Shown in pieces: positions 27,001 through 41,299 of a DNA stretch of 64,000 nucleotides; within the stretch, counting starts at the first letter, position 1, and each line of letters begins with the position of its first letter. The stretch lies in assembly GCA_951406725.2 (NCBI GenBank), contig OX597837.1, positions 46,624,001-46,688,000 on the forward strand, in the 5' to 3' direction. A program made the translations under genes and the position numbers. The DNA comes from Octopus vulgaris (taxonomy: Eukaryota). The notes beneath the pieces are model-generated. The model searched no databases. It had not been told where the DNA came from and worked only from the letters and a program-made list of their open reading frames with translations.

Positions 27001-28714
27001 CTTCTCACTACCATTATTATTATTATTCTCACTTTTCCGTCTCTCTCTCTTCTCTTCTCTTCATCCTCGTCATCTGATATCCCCCCCTCATCCTTCCTCT
27101 CTTGCCTGCTACTGCCATAACTGTTACCATTTAACCACCACTATCACTACCACTACTACTACTACTTACACGCTGTATCCACTACTACACTTACTATTAC
27201 TGTCCTCATCAACACCAACACTACTACTACAACTACTTTCACTTTCCTCTCTTACCACTCCCACTATTGTACTTCCTCCTCCTCCTCTTCCTCCTCCCAC
27301 TTTTCATTCATTTAATGAAAACCAGGAAGAAAGAGATGAAGGCAAAAACCACCAGAATCAATCAATCAATAACACACAACAGTGCAAACAGCGCATCTTA
27401 TATATGCAACTGCACATTTTAGATATTTATTACTTCTTATTTCTTCTCTCTCTTTCTTTTTCCTTTTATTTCTCTGTCACTTTGTCTTTCATTCCTCTTC
27501 GTTTCAGTTTCCTTCCTTTTTCTTTCATTCCTCGTTTCACTTTCGTTTTCTCCTTCTCCCCAGTTTCTCTTCACTTTTCCCCAGTTTCTCATTCTTAACT
27601 CGGGTTTTTTTCTTTCCACTTTTCTCTTTTTCTCTTCTTCTCCTTCAAATTCTGCCGCCTTTCGATTTCTCTCTCTCATCAATGAACATGCTTGCACATT
27701 GAAGTGCATCTGCTCGTGTCTTGCATCACTGCACTATTTACATTACCACCACCACCCTCATCACCATCAACCATTGCCACCACCAACATCATCCGTATAG
27801 CTTATTATCACCTGGAACTCCATATTGTTATTAGTATTATTATCATTATTATCATCGTTGTTGTTGTCATTGTCAGCATTGTTGTTGTCGTCATCATTTA
27901 CCGAAGCCGAGTCCACGACCTTCGGCTGCCCATCGTCTCCCTTCCAGCTTCCGAGTTTCCTTTGCACGGAATTGCCGGGACTTCGTTGTATTGAATTTTT
28001 CTTTTTTTTTTGCTTCCTTTAGATTTTTATCATTTTTAATGCATTACATGGTCTTTAATGAAGCTGAGAAAAGCATGAATACCTCGACATCCCATCACAC
28101 TGTGGCAACATGCCTCTATAGGAAACCCCCAGTGACATCATTTGCATTATTATTCTTATTGCTTTTTATTCTTACAGATTATTATTGATAATAATAACAT
28201 TATTACTTTTCCCAATTATCATTATAATTATCATCATTATCATTATAATTATCATCATTTACAATAGCATTATTAAACTATTAGCACTGCACACACACAA
28301 ACACTTATGCATACACTCACATATATACACACCTACATACTTGGGGTTCAGCTGTGCTGGTCAGTCACCTGGTCCTGGACGGTCAGTTTAGCAGTTACTT
28401 GGATTGGTGGGTGTGTCATTGGATTTTGATAATTTTTACATTTCTTGGATCTTAAAAAGACAAAAAAAAGAAACCCCAAAATCCCACACATTCCGTGGAG
28501 GTGGGCAAAATAACAACACCTTTACCTGCAAAGAAGGAAAGTAGGAAAGAAACAAATTAATCTAATTGGACAACAAAACAACAATAATGTTAAGCAGATT
28601 GTGGGTAAGTACCAAATACTTAGAACACTTGTTGCTGTTGTTCTTGTTATCCTTGTATTTCCTGAAAAAGTTAGATTGTGTGTGTGTATGTATGTATGTA
28701 TGTATGTATGTATG

Positions 28715-28769
<55 letters not shown>

Positions 28770-28774
28770 ATATT

Positions 28775-29160
28775 GGTGCAGGTGTGGCTTTGTGGTAAGA
28801 AGCTTGCTTCCCAACCACATGGTTCTGGGTTCAGTTCCATTGTGTGTCACCTTGGGCAAGTGTCTTCTACTAAAGCCTTGGTCCGACCAAAACCCTTGTG
28901 AGTAGACTTAGTAGATGGAAACTGAAAAAAGCTTGCTGTGTATATGTGTGTGCGTGCGTGTGTGTGTGTGTGTCTGTCTGTGATTGTCCCCCACCACTGC
29001 TTGACAACTGGTGTTGGTGTGTTTATGTCCCCATAACTTAGCAGTTTGGCAAAAGAGACTGATAGAATAAGTAGCAGGCTTAACAAAAAGTAAGTCCTGG
29101 GGGTCAATGCATTCGATTAAAAATTCTTGAAGGCAGTGACTGAAACAAGTAAAAGAGAAA
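28775..29160 (+). mobile_element. SINE family B, full length
   Basis: Same head, hinge and tail architecture as 5548-5905. Confidence 0.85.
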
Positions 29161-29181
29161 AGACACACACACATACATACA

Positions 29182-29217
<36 letters not shown>

Positions 29218-29821
29218 TGTATATATATATGTATATATATATACATACATACACACACACATGCATATATACATACATATATGTAGGTATATATGCATTT
29301 GAGTGTGTATGGGTTTATCTAAGAACAGGTGTTTGCATGCATGTTTGTCTCTATACGTATAGCTGTGTGTGTGTATATATAAATATATAGCTGAGTATTC
29401 AGGTATATAGATGTGTTTAGTTCAATGTATGTGTGTGCATAGGTGTAGATGTACTGGTTTGTGTGTGTGTGTATGTAGCTCTCGGCATGAGGGTGTATAA
29501 GTGCGAGTGTAGATGTGTTTGCACAGTGATGTTTGTATGAATGGAACTGATGCAGACGGGTGTATATCGACACATGTATTTGTGTGTATTGTGTAAGTGT
29601 TCAATGGGTGTGTACATGATAGCACACATTCACACACACAGACACACACACTCACACACTCACTCACACACATAGAAATGTGTGTTTTGTGTGTGTGTGT
29701 GTGTGTGTGTATGCTCTGTGTTACATATTCGAGATTTTTCTATTCCTTTCAATGAAAAGTTCCTTTTTTTTAGATGAGTTGACATGGGTACTGTGAAGTA
29801 CATGTGTATCTATTATCTGCT

Positions 29822-29855
<34 letters not shown>

Positions 29856-30387
29856 GTATATGTGTATATATGTGTGTGTATATATATATATTTTTCCTTT
29901 ATTTACTTCTTTCAGTCATTACTCTTTGTTAAGCCTGATACATAGTCTATCGATCTCTTTTACTGAACTGCTAAGTTATAGCAAGTGGTTGTCAAGTGGT
30001 ACTGGGGGACAAAGACATGCACACATGTACACACACACACACACACACACACACATATGACAGGGTTCTTTCAGTTTCTGTCTACCAAATCCACTCACAA
30101 GGCTTTGGTTGGTCCAAGGCTATTGTAGAAGACACTTGCCTAAGGTTCCATGCAGTGGGACTGAACCTGGAATCATGTGGTTGGGATGAAAGCCTCTCAC
30201 CACTCAGCCACACCTTATGTGTGTGTGTGTGTGTGTAAATAAGTACTGAATAAGTTGTTAAGGTGAAATTCGAAGTCCCAGTCAATTTTAATGTGATAAG
30301 CAAATTTTACTCAGCTGATAGTGTAAATGTCCCATCGTGACTAAATGGTTGATGGTATCTGATTTTTATTGATTAACGATACTGAAC

Positions 30388-30418
<31 letters not shown>

Positions 30419-31138
30419 TGACACTTCGTGTGTGTGTGTGTGTGTGTGTGTACACGTATATAAGCACAGAGTTGTGTGTGTGTGTATATGCATATAGACA
30501 CATAGAGATGTGTGCGTGTGTGTGTTGTACGGCAGAAGCCAGTAAAGTGTCGGGGAATGTTAGGTGATGTGGTCTAACATGTGATGGATGACAGTCTGAT
30601 GGATATTGTGAGATTATGAAGGTGACGGAGATGGGGATTGTGGCGGTGGGGTTTTTGTTGTGATGGCGAGGGTTATGGTGGTTGTGATGGTGTGGTGGTG
30701 ATGTGATGTTGTCGGCAGGGGTTAGTTGTCTGTATCCTTTTGTTTTGTGGTCCCTAATGCAGTTCAGTTTAATGATGCTGTTTATCTCCTGGTCAATGGG
30801 ACCAACTCTGATTAAACAGATCTCTCATCAAAGGCCTTCCAACCATGACCATCTCATTTTTCCCTATGTGAAATTCTAGGGCCATATTAACATGTCTCTT
30901 TTGCTTCTAAAATTTTGGCTGTTATTTCTAGCAGGTCATATGACAACATACATGCTCTGTCTAGCACATTGCTTTGTGTGCAGTGTGGTGACGATGGTGG
31001 TGGTGATGGTGTCGTGTTCTGTGGGGTGGGCCAGGGTGGTGTCGTGTAACATGGTGTAGCATTATGTAATGTGATGTAAACTTGGCTTTCAACCAACTTT
31101 TTTTCCATATATGAGCAAGCACAAAACTTGAAATGTAC

Positions 31139-31180
<42 letters not shown>

Positions 31181-32629
31181 GTGTATGCATGTGCCTGTGT
31201 GTATATGTGTGTGTGCATGCATGTGTGTGTGTGTGTGTGTGTGTGTGTGCTTTATGCCTGCATGCGTGTGTAAAGAACGGTATTATTATTTTATTGTTTT
31301 ACTTGTTTTGATCATTGGACTGTGGCCATGATGTAGCACTGTCCAGAAGGTTTCAGTTGATCAAATTATTTCCAGTGCATATTCTTAACTTTGGTACTCA
31401 TTCTATCAGCATCTTTTTTTACCAAACTACTAAATTGTGGGAATGTAAACAAACCAACACCGGTTGTCAAGCTGTAAGGGACAAACACTCATGTGCACAC
31501 ACACACACGAATAGACAATGGGTTTTGGCAAGTTTTTTTTCTTTCTGTCAAATTTACTTGCAGAAGATTGGACGGTTCAGGATTATAGCAGAAATCATTT
31601 ACCAATACACAACACAGTGGGATTTGAACCCAGAACTCTATGGTTGTGAACTAAACTTCTTACCATGCAGTCATGCTTATGCTTTTGGTTTCTTTTTTTG
31701 TTTATTTTTAATGCCTTTTTCGAAAGTTTAAAACTTGAGGGCCAAAATTGAAACCAGAGTTTGGGGCATCAGTTACAGGACATGGGAGTTGCTTACCAGA
31801 TATTTCCCAGTATCGTTTACTGTCCTGTCCAGGGTCAGTGTTATACCCACGCCACTTTATCTAAATAAACTTTCCTCATTCAATGTGTTCGGGAACAGGC
31901 CTGTCAGGGTAATATTCCCTGTGGCGTTGTCTGAAAGATGGTTACATGAATAAATATGTGGCTGTGTTCATATCAATATGTTTTTGTGCCTATATATAAC
32001 ACACACACACACACACACATTCATGAGTCATCATCTTAATCATCCTTTCAGAATCTTTTCCATTCTTGTATGGGTTGGGTGCTGTTTGTCGAGGAATAGT
32101 TTCTCTAGTTAGATACCCTTCCTGTCCCCAACCTTCGCTTATTTCCAAAAAAACTAATCATATTTCTCCGTGGCCAGACAATTTCTTACACAATATTGGA
32201 AATGAATGACGCTGCTTGTATGACAGTGAGACTCCTTTACGACTATCATGTGATGTCAAAACAAAACGAGACAAACGTACTTTTGCTTAACCCTCCATCC
32301 CCGCCCCCCACACACGCATGCATCCATGACAGGCTTCTTTCATTATCTATTTGCTGAATCCACTCACGAGGCTTTAGTTGGCCCAGGGCTACACTAGAAG
32401 ACACTTGCTCAAGGTGTCACACAGTGGGACTGAACCTAAAACCATGTGGTTTGAAAGCATAACCACTACCACACTTGTGTGTGTCTGTGTGTACACTGTA
32501 AGGTAAGAAGTTTGCTTCCCAACCACATGGTTCTGGGTTCAGTCCCACTGCATGGCACCTTGGGAAAATGCCTTCTACTGTAGCCTCAGGATTTGGTTGA
32601 CAGAAACTGAAAGCAGCCTGTCGTATATA

Positions 32630-32666
<37 letters not shown>

Positions 32667-32670
<4 letters not shown>

Positions 32671-32880
32671 CTTTACTGCCCACAAGGGGCTAAACATAGA
32701 GGGGACAAACAAGGACAGACAAATGGATTGTCGATTACATCAACCCCAGTGTGAAACTGGTACTTAATTTATCGACCCCGAAAGGAAGAAAGGCAAAGTC
32801 GACCTCGGCGGAATTTGAACTCACAGTGTAACGGCAGACGAAATACCACAAAGCATTTCGCCTGGCGTGTTAACGTTTCT
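32667..32880 (-). mobile_element. SINE family A inserted in the microsatellite hinge of a family B SINE (about 32500-33125)
   Basis: The family B head (32500-32625) and tail (32900-33125) are separated by a reverse family A copy. Confidence 0.8.
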
Positions 32881-35835
32881 GTGTGTGTGTGTGTGTGTGT
32901 GTATGTGACTTTTTGTATGTGTTTGTCCCCCACCATGTGAACACACCAGCAACTGGTGTTGATGTGTTCACATCCTTGTAACCTAGCAGTTTGGCAAAAA
33001 GAGACTGATTGAATAATTACTGCGCTTTACAAAAAAATTGTAAGTACTGGGGTCGATAAGTTCAACTAAATTTCTTCAAGTCATTGCCCCAGCTGCAGTC
33101 TTATAACAGAAACAAGTAAAAGAGAAAAGATTGTGTGTGTGTGTGATTATGAAATACAGTCCATCAGAGATGTCTATGGCCCTAGTCCCACTGCGTGGCA
33201 CCTTGTGTAAGTTTCTTTTACTATAGCCTTGGGCTGACCAAAGCCTTGTGAGTGGCTTTGGTAAATGGAAAATAAAAGAAGCCTGTCATATATATATATA
33301 TATAATTGTTTGTGTGTTTGCCCCCCCCCCCCCAAATCTCTTGACAACCGATGCTGGTGTGTTTACATTCCCGTAACAACATAGTGGTTCGGCAAAAGAG
33401 ACCAATGGAATAAGCACAAGGCTTACGAAGAATAAGTCCTAGGGTCGATTTGTTCGACTAAAGGTGGTGCTCCAGCATGGTTGCAGTAAAAGACTAAAAG
33501 AATTAATTTAGGAATTCCAGCTGAGAAATTGTTTTCGAGATGAGAAATTCTTTACCATTATTCACACTGTTTCGTTATTTCCCTCAATATTGATTTGAAG
33601 GATGTTAATATTTTAAATCAATGCAACGTTGATAATATTATGTAAAGAATCATATTGTATGTAAGACTATAATATGTCTTACGTATGTGAGTGGTGATGG
33701 CCGTGGGGGGACAGTCAGATTGGTTAACTTGTAAAGGTACTGTTTTATGTGGTTCATCATCCTGCCAGAAATAGTAGCCAAATCTCCTGTGTCAAGAGAA
33801 AACAAGATGAGATGGTCATGGTTGGAATGCTTTTGATTCCAGGCTTGGGCAATCAAAGCCAACTTGGAATTCAACAGTAATGCTAAAAGCAAGAGTACCA
33901 CTGTCAGGGCCGATGTTTACTCCAGCTGGAATCTTATAGGGATATTGTTACCAGTAACCACATTTGCTTCTCTACACACATTGTATAATGTATATGTATT
34001 TGTGTGTATATTATATGAACATTACCTCTAATTGTATATTATATGTCCCTGTATGTATATGTGTATATGCATGTATGTATATATACATGCACTTACACAC
34101 ATGTGAATGAACATATGTTTATATATGAATGTATGTACATATATGTATGCATGTCTATGTGTGTATGTATATACATGCACACACATACACACACACATAC
34201 ACACACATATATACACATATACACACTGGTGGTGCTATTAAGTTAGACATGGCCTGAGCCAGTACTGGCCGAAACTTATCTATGTATATATATATATATA
34301 TATAAACATACATATTATATACTAGTTTAAAAGCAGCAATCCATGCGTACTTTTTTAAGCTAGCTCCTGTGGAGGGCTAAATGGGCCTGTAGCCCTAAAC
34401 TGAAGAGAGGTAAATAGCATGACTCTAATACATCTATAATAAGTACCTGGTGGTGTTTGATCAGAGATTAAGGATGGATGAGGATTAATTTTGTAAAGCA
34501 ATCATTCTATTGTTTCAGTCCTTGAATTCCAACTGTTGGCCAATTTGTCCCCAAAGTTCTCATCTTGATGTAAAATTAATGGAGTGACTGTCATTTATCT
34601 CGCCTTTGATCTCTGGACATCATCTGACCAACACCAACCAAGATGACTTGTGACTTATAGCTGTCTTTGTTTAATTATCAAGATGACAGGCAGTATAGAT
34701 CCATATAGTCACTTGTCTGATATATGGTTGGCATAAAAGATGTTAATGGTCTTTCACAGAAGTTGAGTGTATTTGCTGTCTAGTGATTGCTGTTAGTCCA
34801 CTGTAAAACACCAGCATTCAGAACCGTAGAATCTACTGTGGCACAAAACGGGTTTCGTTTTAGGTCACATGACTGTCGCATTTTCCAAATTTTCCCTGGC
34901 TTGTTGGATGCTGACCATGTTATCGCTTTATGAATGTTAACAGTTGTGCTGAGAGAGGGAATATGAGGGCTCAGGTCACAAAAATGAACAACTGACTCAA
35001 TGGACCCCAGTGAAAATGTAAGATTGTTCACACTAGCAGTTTCACCAATGATTATGGTCTTTGTGTTTGAACGATTCATTGAGAGATCAACTTCGGCGGC
35101 AGTTGACTCTGGGTTTGTGAGGAAAGTTTAAGCATCTGTGTTTGTTGTATGTGAGATGAGTGCGATGTCACCTGTGAAATCAAGGAGAGTAAATGTCCTG
35201 AATATGGACTGGCAGACCGTGCAGGTAGCCCAAGCCCATAGCCAGAAAAAAATTCAACCCTTTAGCATTCAAACCAACCATATCTGGCCCAGTCAGCTAG
35301 ATCTGACTTCTCACACCTACCCTACAATGGTGTGGGTTTGTTACATCTCTGCGACCTAGTGGTTCAGCAAAAGTGACAGATAAAACTCTTCAAGGTAGTG
35401 CCCCAGCATGACCGCAGTTCTAATGACTGACACAAGTAAAAGAACAAAAGTATCCATGCACATATATATCTCCATATATAGACACACGTATTTACACGCA
35501 TCCAAGCGCAGATATATTTATAAGTAGGTTTACATAAACTTGAAAACAATTTGCTGAAATTAAAAATAGAAATGAAGTCAACATTGGAATAAAGCAGCGC
35601 ATCTTTTTCCGAACATGTTGCACTCTGTGTGTGGGGGGAGAGGGGTGGGGTGGGGGGACGAGTGCACGCACGCGTGTGCTTGTGTGTATGTAATACATAC
35701 ATTCGCATTGTATGCACACACAGACATGCATGAGTGTATATGTGTGTGTGAGGTTTCAGTCACTTAGCAAAAATAGACAACTCAAAATAGGAATATTATT
35801 TTCAGAAATTACTTACTGTTTGCTGGTTGTTGTTG

Positions 35836-35870
<35 letters not shown>

Positions 35871-36052
35871 GTTATTATTATTATTATTATAGAAAGAATG
35901 TTTGATTTGTCTGCAATTGCTTTTACCATGGCAACACCTCTTCCTTTGACATCATATCACACACGCACACACACACACGTGTGTGTGTATTTGTGTACAT
36001 ATGTATGTTTGTGTGTATGCCTATACAACATAAGAATGCACATGTTTGAGTG

Positions 36053-36089
<37 letters not shown>

Positions 36090-36975
36090 AGGCATGGTTA
36101 TATAGTTAAGAAGTTTGCTTTGCAGCCGCCAGGTTTCATGTTCAATCCGATGCTGTATTGCATCTTGGGAGAGTAAGGGACTTTTACCATAGCCTCAAGC
36201 CAACCAAAACCTTAATCATCATCATCATCGTTTAATGTCTGTTTTCCATGCTGGCATGGGTTCGATGGTTTGACCAGAGATGGCAAGCTGGAGAGCTGCA
36301 CCAGGCTCCAGTCTATGTAGTGGCAGCACACGTACTTTTTACATGGCACCAGCGCAGGACTCTTGAAGGCCAATCCTCACTGCCAGGGGGAGCAGCCTAG
36401 GTTTTCTCGACACACTTCTGCTGTGGAGAATGGATCTTCTCAATGTGATTCGGTACATAATGGCCCCTGCCTGTAATTTGGAAGTTCTGTCTTGTCACAT
36501 GCTGTGTCATGCCATTTCTTTTCAGAGAAATATACTGAGGAATACTCAGCCAGCTATATGCTAACTGTATGAGTAGGTATTTGAGTTGATTAAAGAAATT
36601 GAAACCCATCATTGAGTACACCCATGTACAAATACCTGTCACTGTTGTTATGTGTGTGAGTGTGAGTGTAAACAGTGTGTTATTTATTTCTTACTGGTTT
36701 CAGTAATTGGGCTGTGGCCATGCTGGGGCATTGCCATCAACAGCTTTTCTTTATAGTCCACTCTTGTTATGATCTTACTTAGATCTTTCCAGAAGCTTAT
36801 CATTTAAGTATATATGTGCGTTTCTAGACATGCAACTATATGCATGAGAATGCATACATAAAACAAGTCATACTAATGTGCAGATGCACTGACTCCAAAT
36901 ACTGCATATGTATGTGTATGTGTATATTTGCATATATCTGTGTGTGTGTGTGCATAACAATATGAATGTTAGTGT

Positions 36976-37003
<28 letters not shown>

Positions 37004-37006
<3 letters not shown>

Positions 37007-37284
37007 ATTGCAGCGTGGAAGGTGTTTGTAAGCCATTTAAGAAACACACAAAAGCCGTTCGATTCACTTCAACATTTAAGTTTAATTTGTCAAAATATTT
37101 TCGTCGCTTTAAGACCGCGACCTGTTCACTGACAAAAATCCGTGCTGCGTCTGTGTCAGTGAACAGGTCGCGGTCTGAAAGCGACGAAAATATTTTGACA
37201 AATTACACTTAAATGTTGAAGTGAATCGAACGGCTTTTGTGTGTTTCTTAAATGGCTTACAAACACCTTCCACGCTGCAATTGT
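37004..37284. mobile_element. Penelope-type inverted terminal repeat (131-bp arms, 19-nt loop)
   Basis: 37004-37134 is the reverse complement of 37154-37284 with 2 mismatches; each arm contains a hammerhead-like motif. Confidence 0.75.
37154..37200 (+). ncRNA. Minimal type I hammerhead ribozyme, G3:C8 variant (mirror copy on the minus strand at 37086-37136)
   Basis: TGTCA GTGAACA G GTCGC ggtctgaaa GCGAC GAAA ATAT TT TGACA: stem I, core, stem II, GAAA, palindromic short stem III, UH. Confidence 0.6.
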
Positions 37285-37525
37285 TTTCGTTTCAGCACAC
37301 GATCTCAGATCAAATCACTTGCTATGCAAGTACATCTCTGTAATATATATATACATAAATATTATTTTATATGTAAAGGTCTCTAATATAGAGAGGTTAT
37401 CTCTGCAGCAAGGCTGGTCCTCTAGCTGTTGGTGTGCTGTTTCATACTGCTGCCCAGCACAGTAGCCATGGCCCCTATAATGATCTGATTAGGAAAGACA
37501 AATGTACTTTTAACACAATAATCAT

Positions 37526-37569
<44 letters not shown>

Positions 37570-37894
37570 CTCTTCCAATCACACACATTTTATTTTACAT
37601 TTTCTTATTTCTTTCATTATATTTTTTCCTTTTCTCTTTTTATTTTTTTTTACTTTTCCCTTTGTTTTCTATTTTCTATTATTATTATTATTATTTAGTA
37701 GGTGGTGGTGGTGGGGGTTTGTGGTGGTGGTGGGGGTGTTGTGATCGAACTGTTCTCATCTATCATGTAAACCAGATCAAAATCAGCTCAAATAATTCAA
37801 TAAAAGATCTAAAGTGGGAACAAGCCGGAACAAAATCATGGCTTACAACACACACACACACACATGCACACACATGCGGATATGTACACTTTTA

Positions 37895-37964
37895 AATATA
37901 TATGCTTCTATTTATATATATATATATATGTGTATATATGTATATGTATATATATGTATATGTA

Positions 37965-38041
<77 letters not shown>

Positions 38042-38260
38042 GTATATATATGTATGTATGTATATATATGTATGTATGTATATATATGTATGTATGTATA
38101 TATATGTATGTATGTATATATATGTATGTATGTATATATATGTATGTATGTATATGTATGTATGTATATATATGTATGCATGTATATATATGTATGTATG
38201 TATATATATGTATATATATACGTACATACATGCACATGCATGTGAACACACACACACAAA
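37895..38260. repeat. (TA)/(TATG) microsatellite with an 18-bp minisatellite (tatatatatgtatgtatg)
   Basis: Direct periodicity in the sequence. Confidence 0.9.
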
Positions 38261-38506
38261 AGTATGTATATGTATTATTAGATATACATCTATGTGTGTT
38301 CACTCTTTCATAGAACATACGCCAGTACGACTGAAATGTTTTCTTTCGTGCTAATTCCACAATAATTAATAATTATGCTTCACTTTTGATGTCTTAACGA
38401 TCTATCAATGAAGTGGACTTGATTTCACTAATTCTTTCATTGTGAAATGTTCTATAATCATTTCTGCATTCTCAAGGAACTGACCGTACACGCATGTGTG
38501 CACAGT

Positions 38507-38570
<64 letters not shown>

Positions 38571-39379
38571 CTGCTTGAATATGTTTTGTGTGTGTGAATT
38601 TATTAAATGTTTTTGCATATTGTTTTTATATTGATTATGTATCATATATCTGTAGATATGTATATTTTCAGATTTACACACACACACACACATATATGTG
38701 TGTATCTATAGACATATATGTATGTGTGTATATATATATATATATTTACATACACACACACATATACATACATATACACATGTGTGTATGTATGTATATA
38801 TATATACACACACACACTTTTACATATATATACACACACCCACTCACACACACACACACACAAAATAGTATTTTAGTCATAAATTAATGTTTGAATGAAC
38901 TGAGAAAGTATTATCCATATCTAAGCTCATTTCTGTCGGTCATAGTGATGAATATGAGAAGTAGGATCATAAAGATAAACTTAAGATGTGTCATAATACT
39001 TATATTTATAAGGTTTTTCTTCTTTTAATTATATTTAATTAATCTCATTGTCTTTCTGTATTCTTTCTGTTTTTATAAAAAATTTAAGAAATTAGTTTTC
39101 CTTTTTTTTATCATTATCTTTATCATTCTCAATAAACGTTATTACTCTAAAGAAATCAGTGTTTCAAAATTGACAAACGAGATTATCGTTAATGTTATTA
39201 ATTCTTGCAATGTTTATTTATGGTTCTTTTCATTCTGAGTTCAAATCCCTCTGGTACTGAATTTGCCTTTTATCTGGTTAGGGTCGATTAAATAAGTAAC
39301 AGTCAAGTGCTGGGGTCAACTGAACCAACTGGTTCCACTTCCTAGTTCTTGTAGCCATGAGCAAATGTTAGAAACTATT

Positions 39380-39915
39380 TGGATGGCATTCTGATTTAAG
39401 CACCACAGATGTCTTCTCGTAACTCTTTTTAGTTTGGGGAATTTTCAGAAAATCTTTGCAAATTTTGTTTTACACCCAGGAACTCACACGATTATGCAAA
39501 AGAAACTTATTTTTAAACCCCCTCCCAACCCCCACCACAACCTGTAAATCCTAAAAGTTCCACACTTTTTTGAATTTTCTTTTTGAAATCAGTGTTTAAA
39601 ATACGAAGAGTCCGAATACTTAAAACTCAGTTATTGGCTACCCTTGGGTACATCATCATTCCATTAAATGTGTTTATGAAGAGAAAAAAATATTGAGAAA
39701 CATCAATGTCAGTAATGAAGAAATAAGGAAGGTATCAGGTGGTCATGAAATGTGCTAAAAACAATAGTTAAAATCATCCTTAAATCACACGCAAAGATTT
39801 TTCCTTTTTTTTTGCATAATGTAGAAACACATTTGTAAAAATTTTCTGAAAATTCCAAAATATAAAAAAAGTTACAAGGGGGTTATATGGGGTGCTAAAA
39901 ACAGAATTCCGCCAT
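39380..39915. mobile_element. MITE / foldback element with diverged TIRs of about 95 bp
   Basis: attctgatttaagcacc..gtaactcttttt..ggaattttcagaaaat (39387-39475) is complementary to attttctgaaaattcc..aaaagttac..ggtgctaaaaacagaat (39820-39910). Confidence 0.65.
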
Positions 39916-40909
39916 TATTTTGTCCTGGTAATGATATTCTCCATTCATCCCTTCCTGGCGCAATAAAAGAAATTGTTATTGTTCTTCCCTCTGATCATTT
40001 ATCATTTCATTGTTGTTCTGCTTGTATTAAATTGTTAGATGTCAAACTGCATCCCACAACCACAATGTGATGTATCTGTGCCATTCCTCATAGTTCCGAA
40101 GAATCAGGACATTCACCCTGATATCCAACATCTTTAATCGTTTACATTTCTTGCCACAGTCCCTAAAGTTATTGTAATTGATATAATGACAATTATTTTC
40201 AAGACAGCGAGCAGGCAAAATCATTACCATTCCAGACAAAACGCTTAGTGGCATTTTGTCTGTCTTTACGTTCTGAGTTCATATTCTGCTGAGGTTGGCT
40301 TTGCCTTTCATCCTTTCAGGGTCAATGAAAATAGGTACCAGTTGAGCACTGGGGTTGATGCAATGGACTTGCCTTCCACCTTTGAAATTACTGACCTTGT
40401 GCCAAAATTTGAAACCACTGGTGTTATTATTGTTTTTATTATTATTGAGCGAGAGAACAGTGAATGCCTTCAAAGTGACACTGGGGTACAAATATACAAA
40501 TCCCAATATGTCCATCATGACTCCTTCTCTGATAAGGGTAGACCAGGCACGTGCATTACAATCAAACGTGTGCAACATGGTGTCTCTCTTATTGGGATAA
40601 ACAGCTTATGACTTTGCACATGTGGCTCAGAATTGTCTTTAGGTTGAGTAGGCCATCCTGCTCAAAAATCCCTCAATAAGGGCTGTTTTACGTCAGTATA
40701 AAACAGGTAAAATATTTTGGCCAGATACGGCCGGTTTAAATGCTTCACCATTTTTCTTCTCACTCTTTGCTATCCAAGTTCAAATCCCACCTTGGTTAGC
40801 TTTGCCTCTCATCTTTCTGGACTTGATAAAATAAAGTACCATCATTGTATTTGCACCTTTGTATAGTTCATTATTTCTAAATGTCATCTATAATTATCAT
40901 TTAAATAAA

Positions 40910-40951
40910 CTATTAACCAAATTTTTCTTTTTCTTTCTTTTGCAGGTAAGT
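40910..40951 (+). promoter_or_regulatory. Recursive splice site RS3
   Basis: Branch-like tattaac, then atttttctttttctttcttttgcAG|GTAAGT (perfect consensus). A cryptic donor GTGAGT lies at 41025. Confidence 0.8.
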
Positions 40952-41174
40952 TTTATTGAACACAAAAGTTTGTTTTAAAAAATTTCAAAATCCAAAAAAA
41001 ATGTGTTTGACGTAAAACAAGTTGGTGAGTAGAATAATTTCTTTTTACCTATTGGCCATTCTTTGAACAATGAAGCTTTCATTGTCAGTTGCAGAGCATT
41101 CTGATTCTTCTGCAAGGGCACTATTTTCAAGCAAGCTTTAGAGGTTCTATTTAATGATATCAACCGTAGTGATC

Positions 41175-41228
<54 letters not shown>

Positions 41229-41253
41229 GTACACACAGACACAATCTGGCATG

Positions 41254-41299
<46 letters not shown>

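Noticed and set aside
27767-27967. Minus-strand N/D-rich ORF
   Set aside because: GTG start, upstream in-frame stop and trinucleotide-repeat body; the CpG-rich part is a duplex arm.
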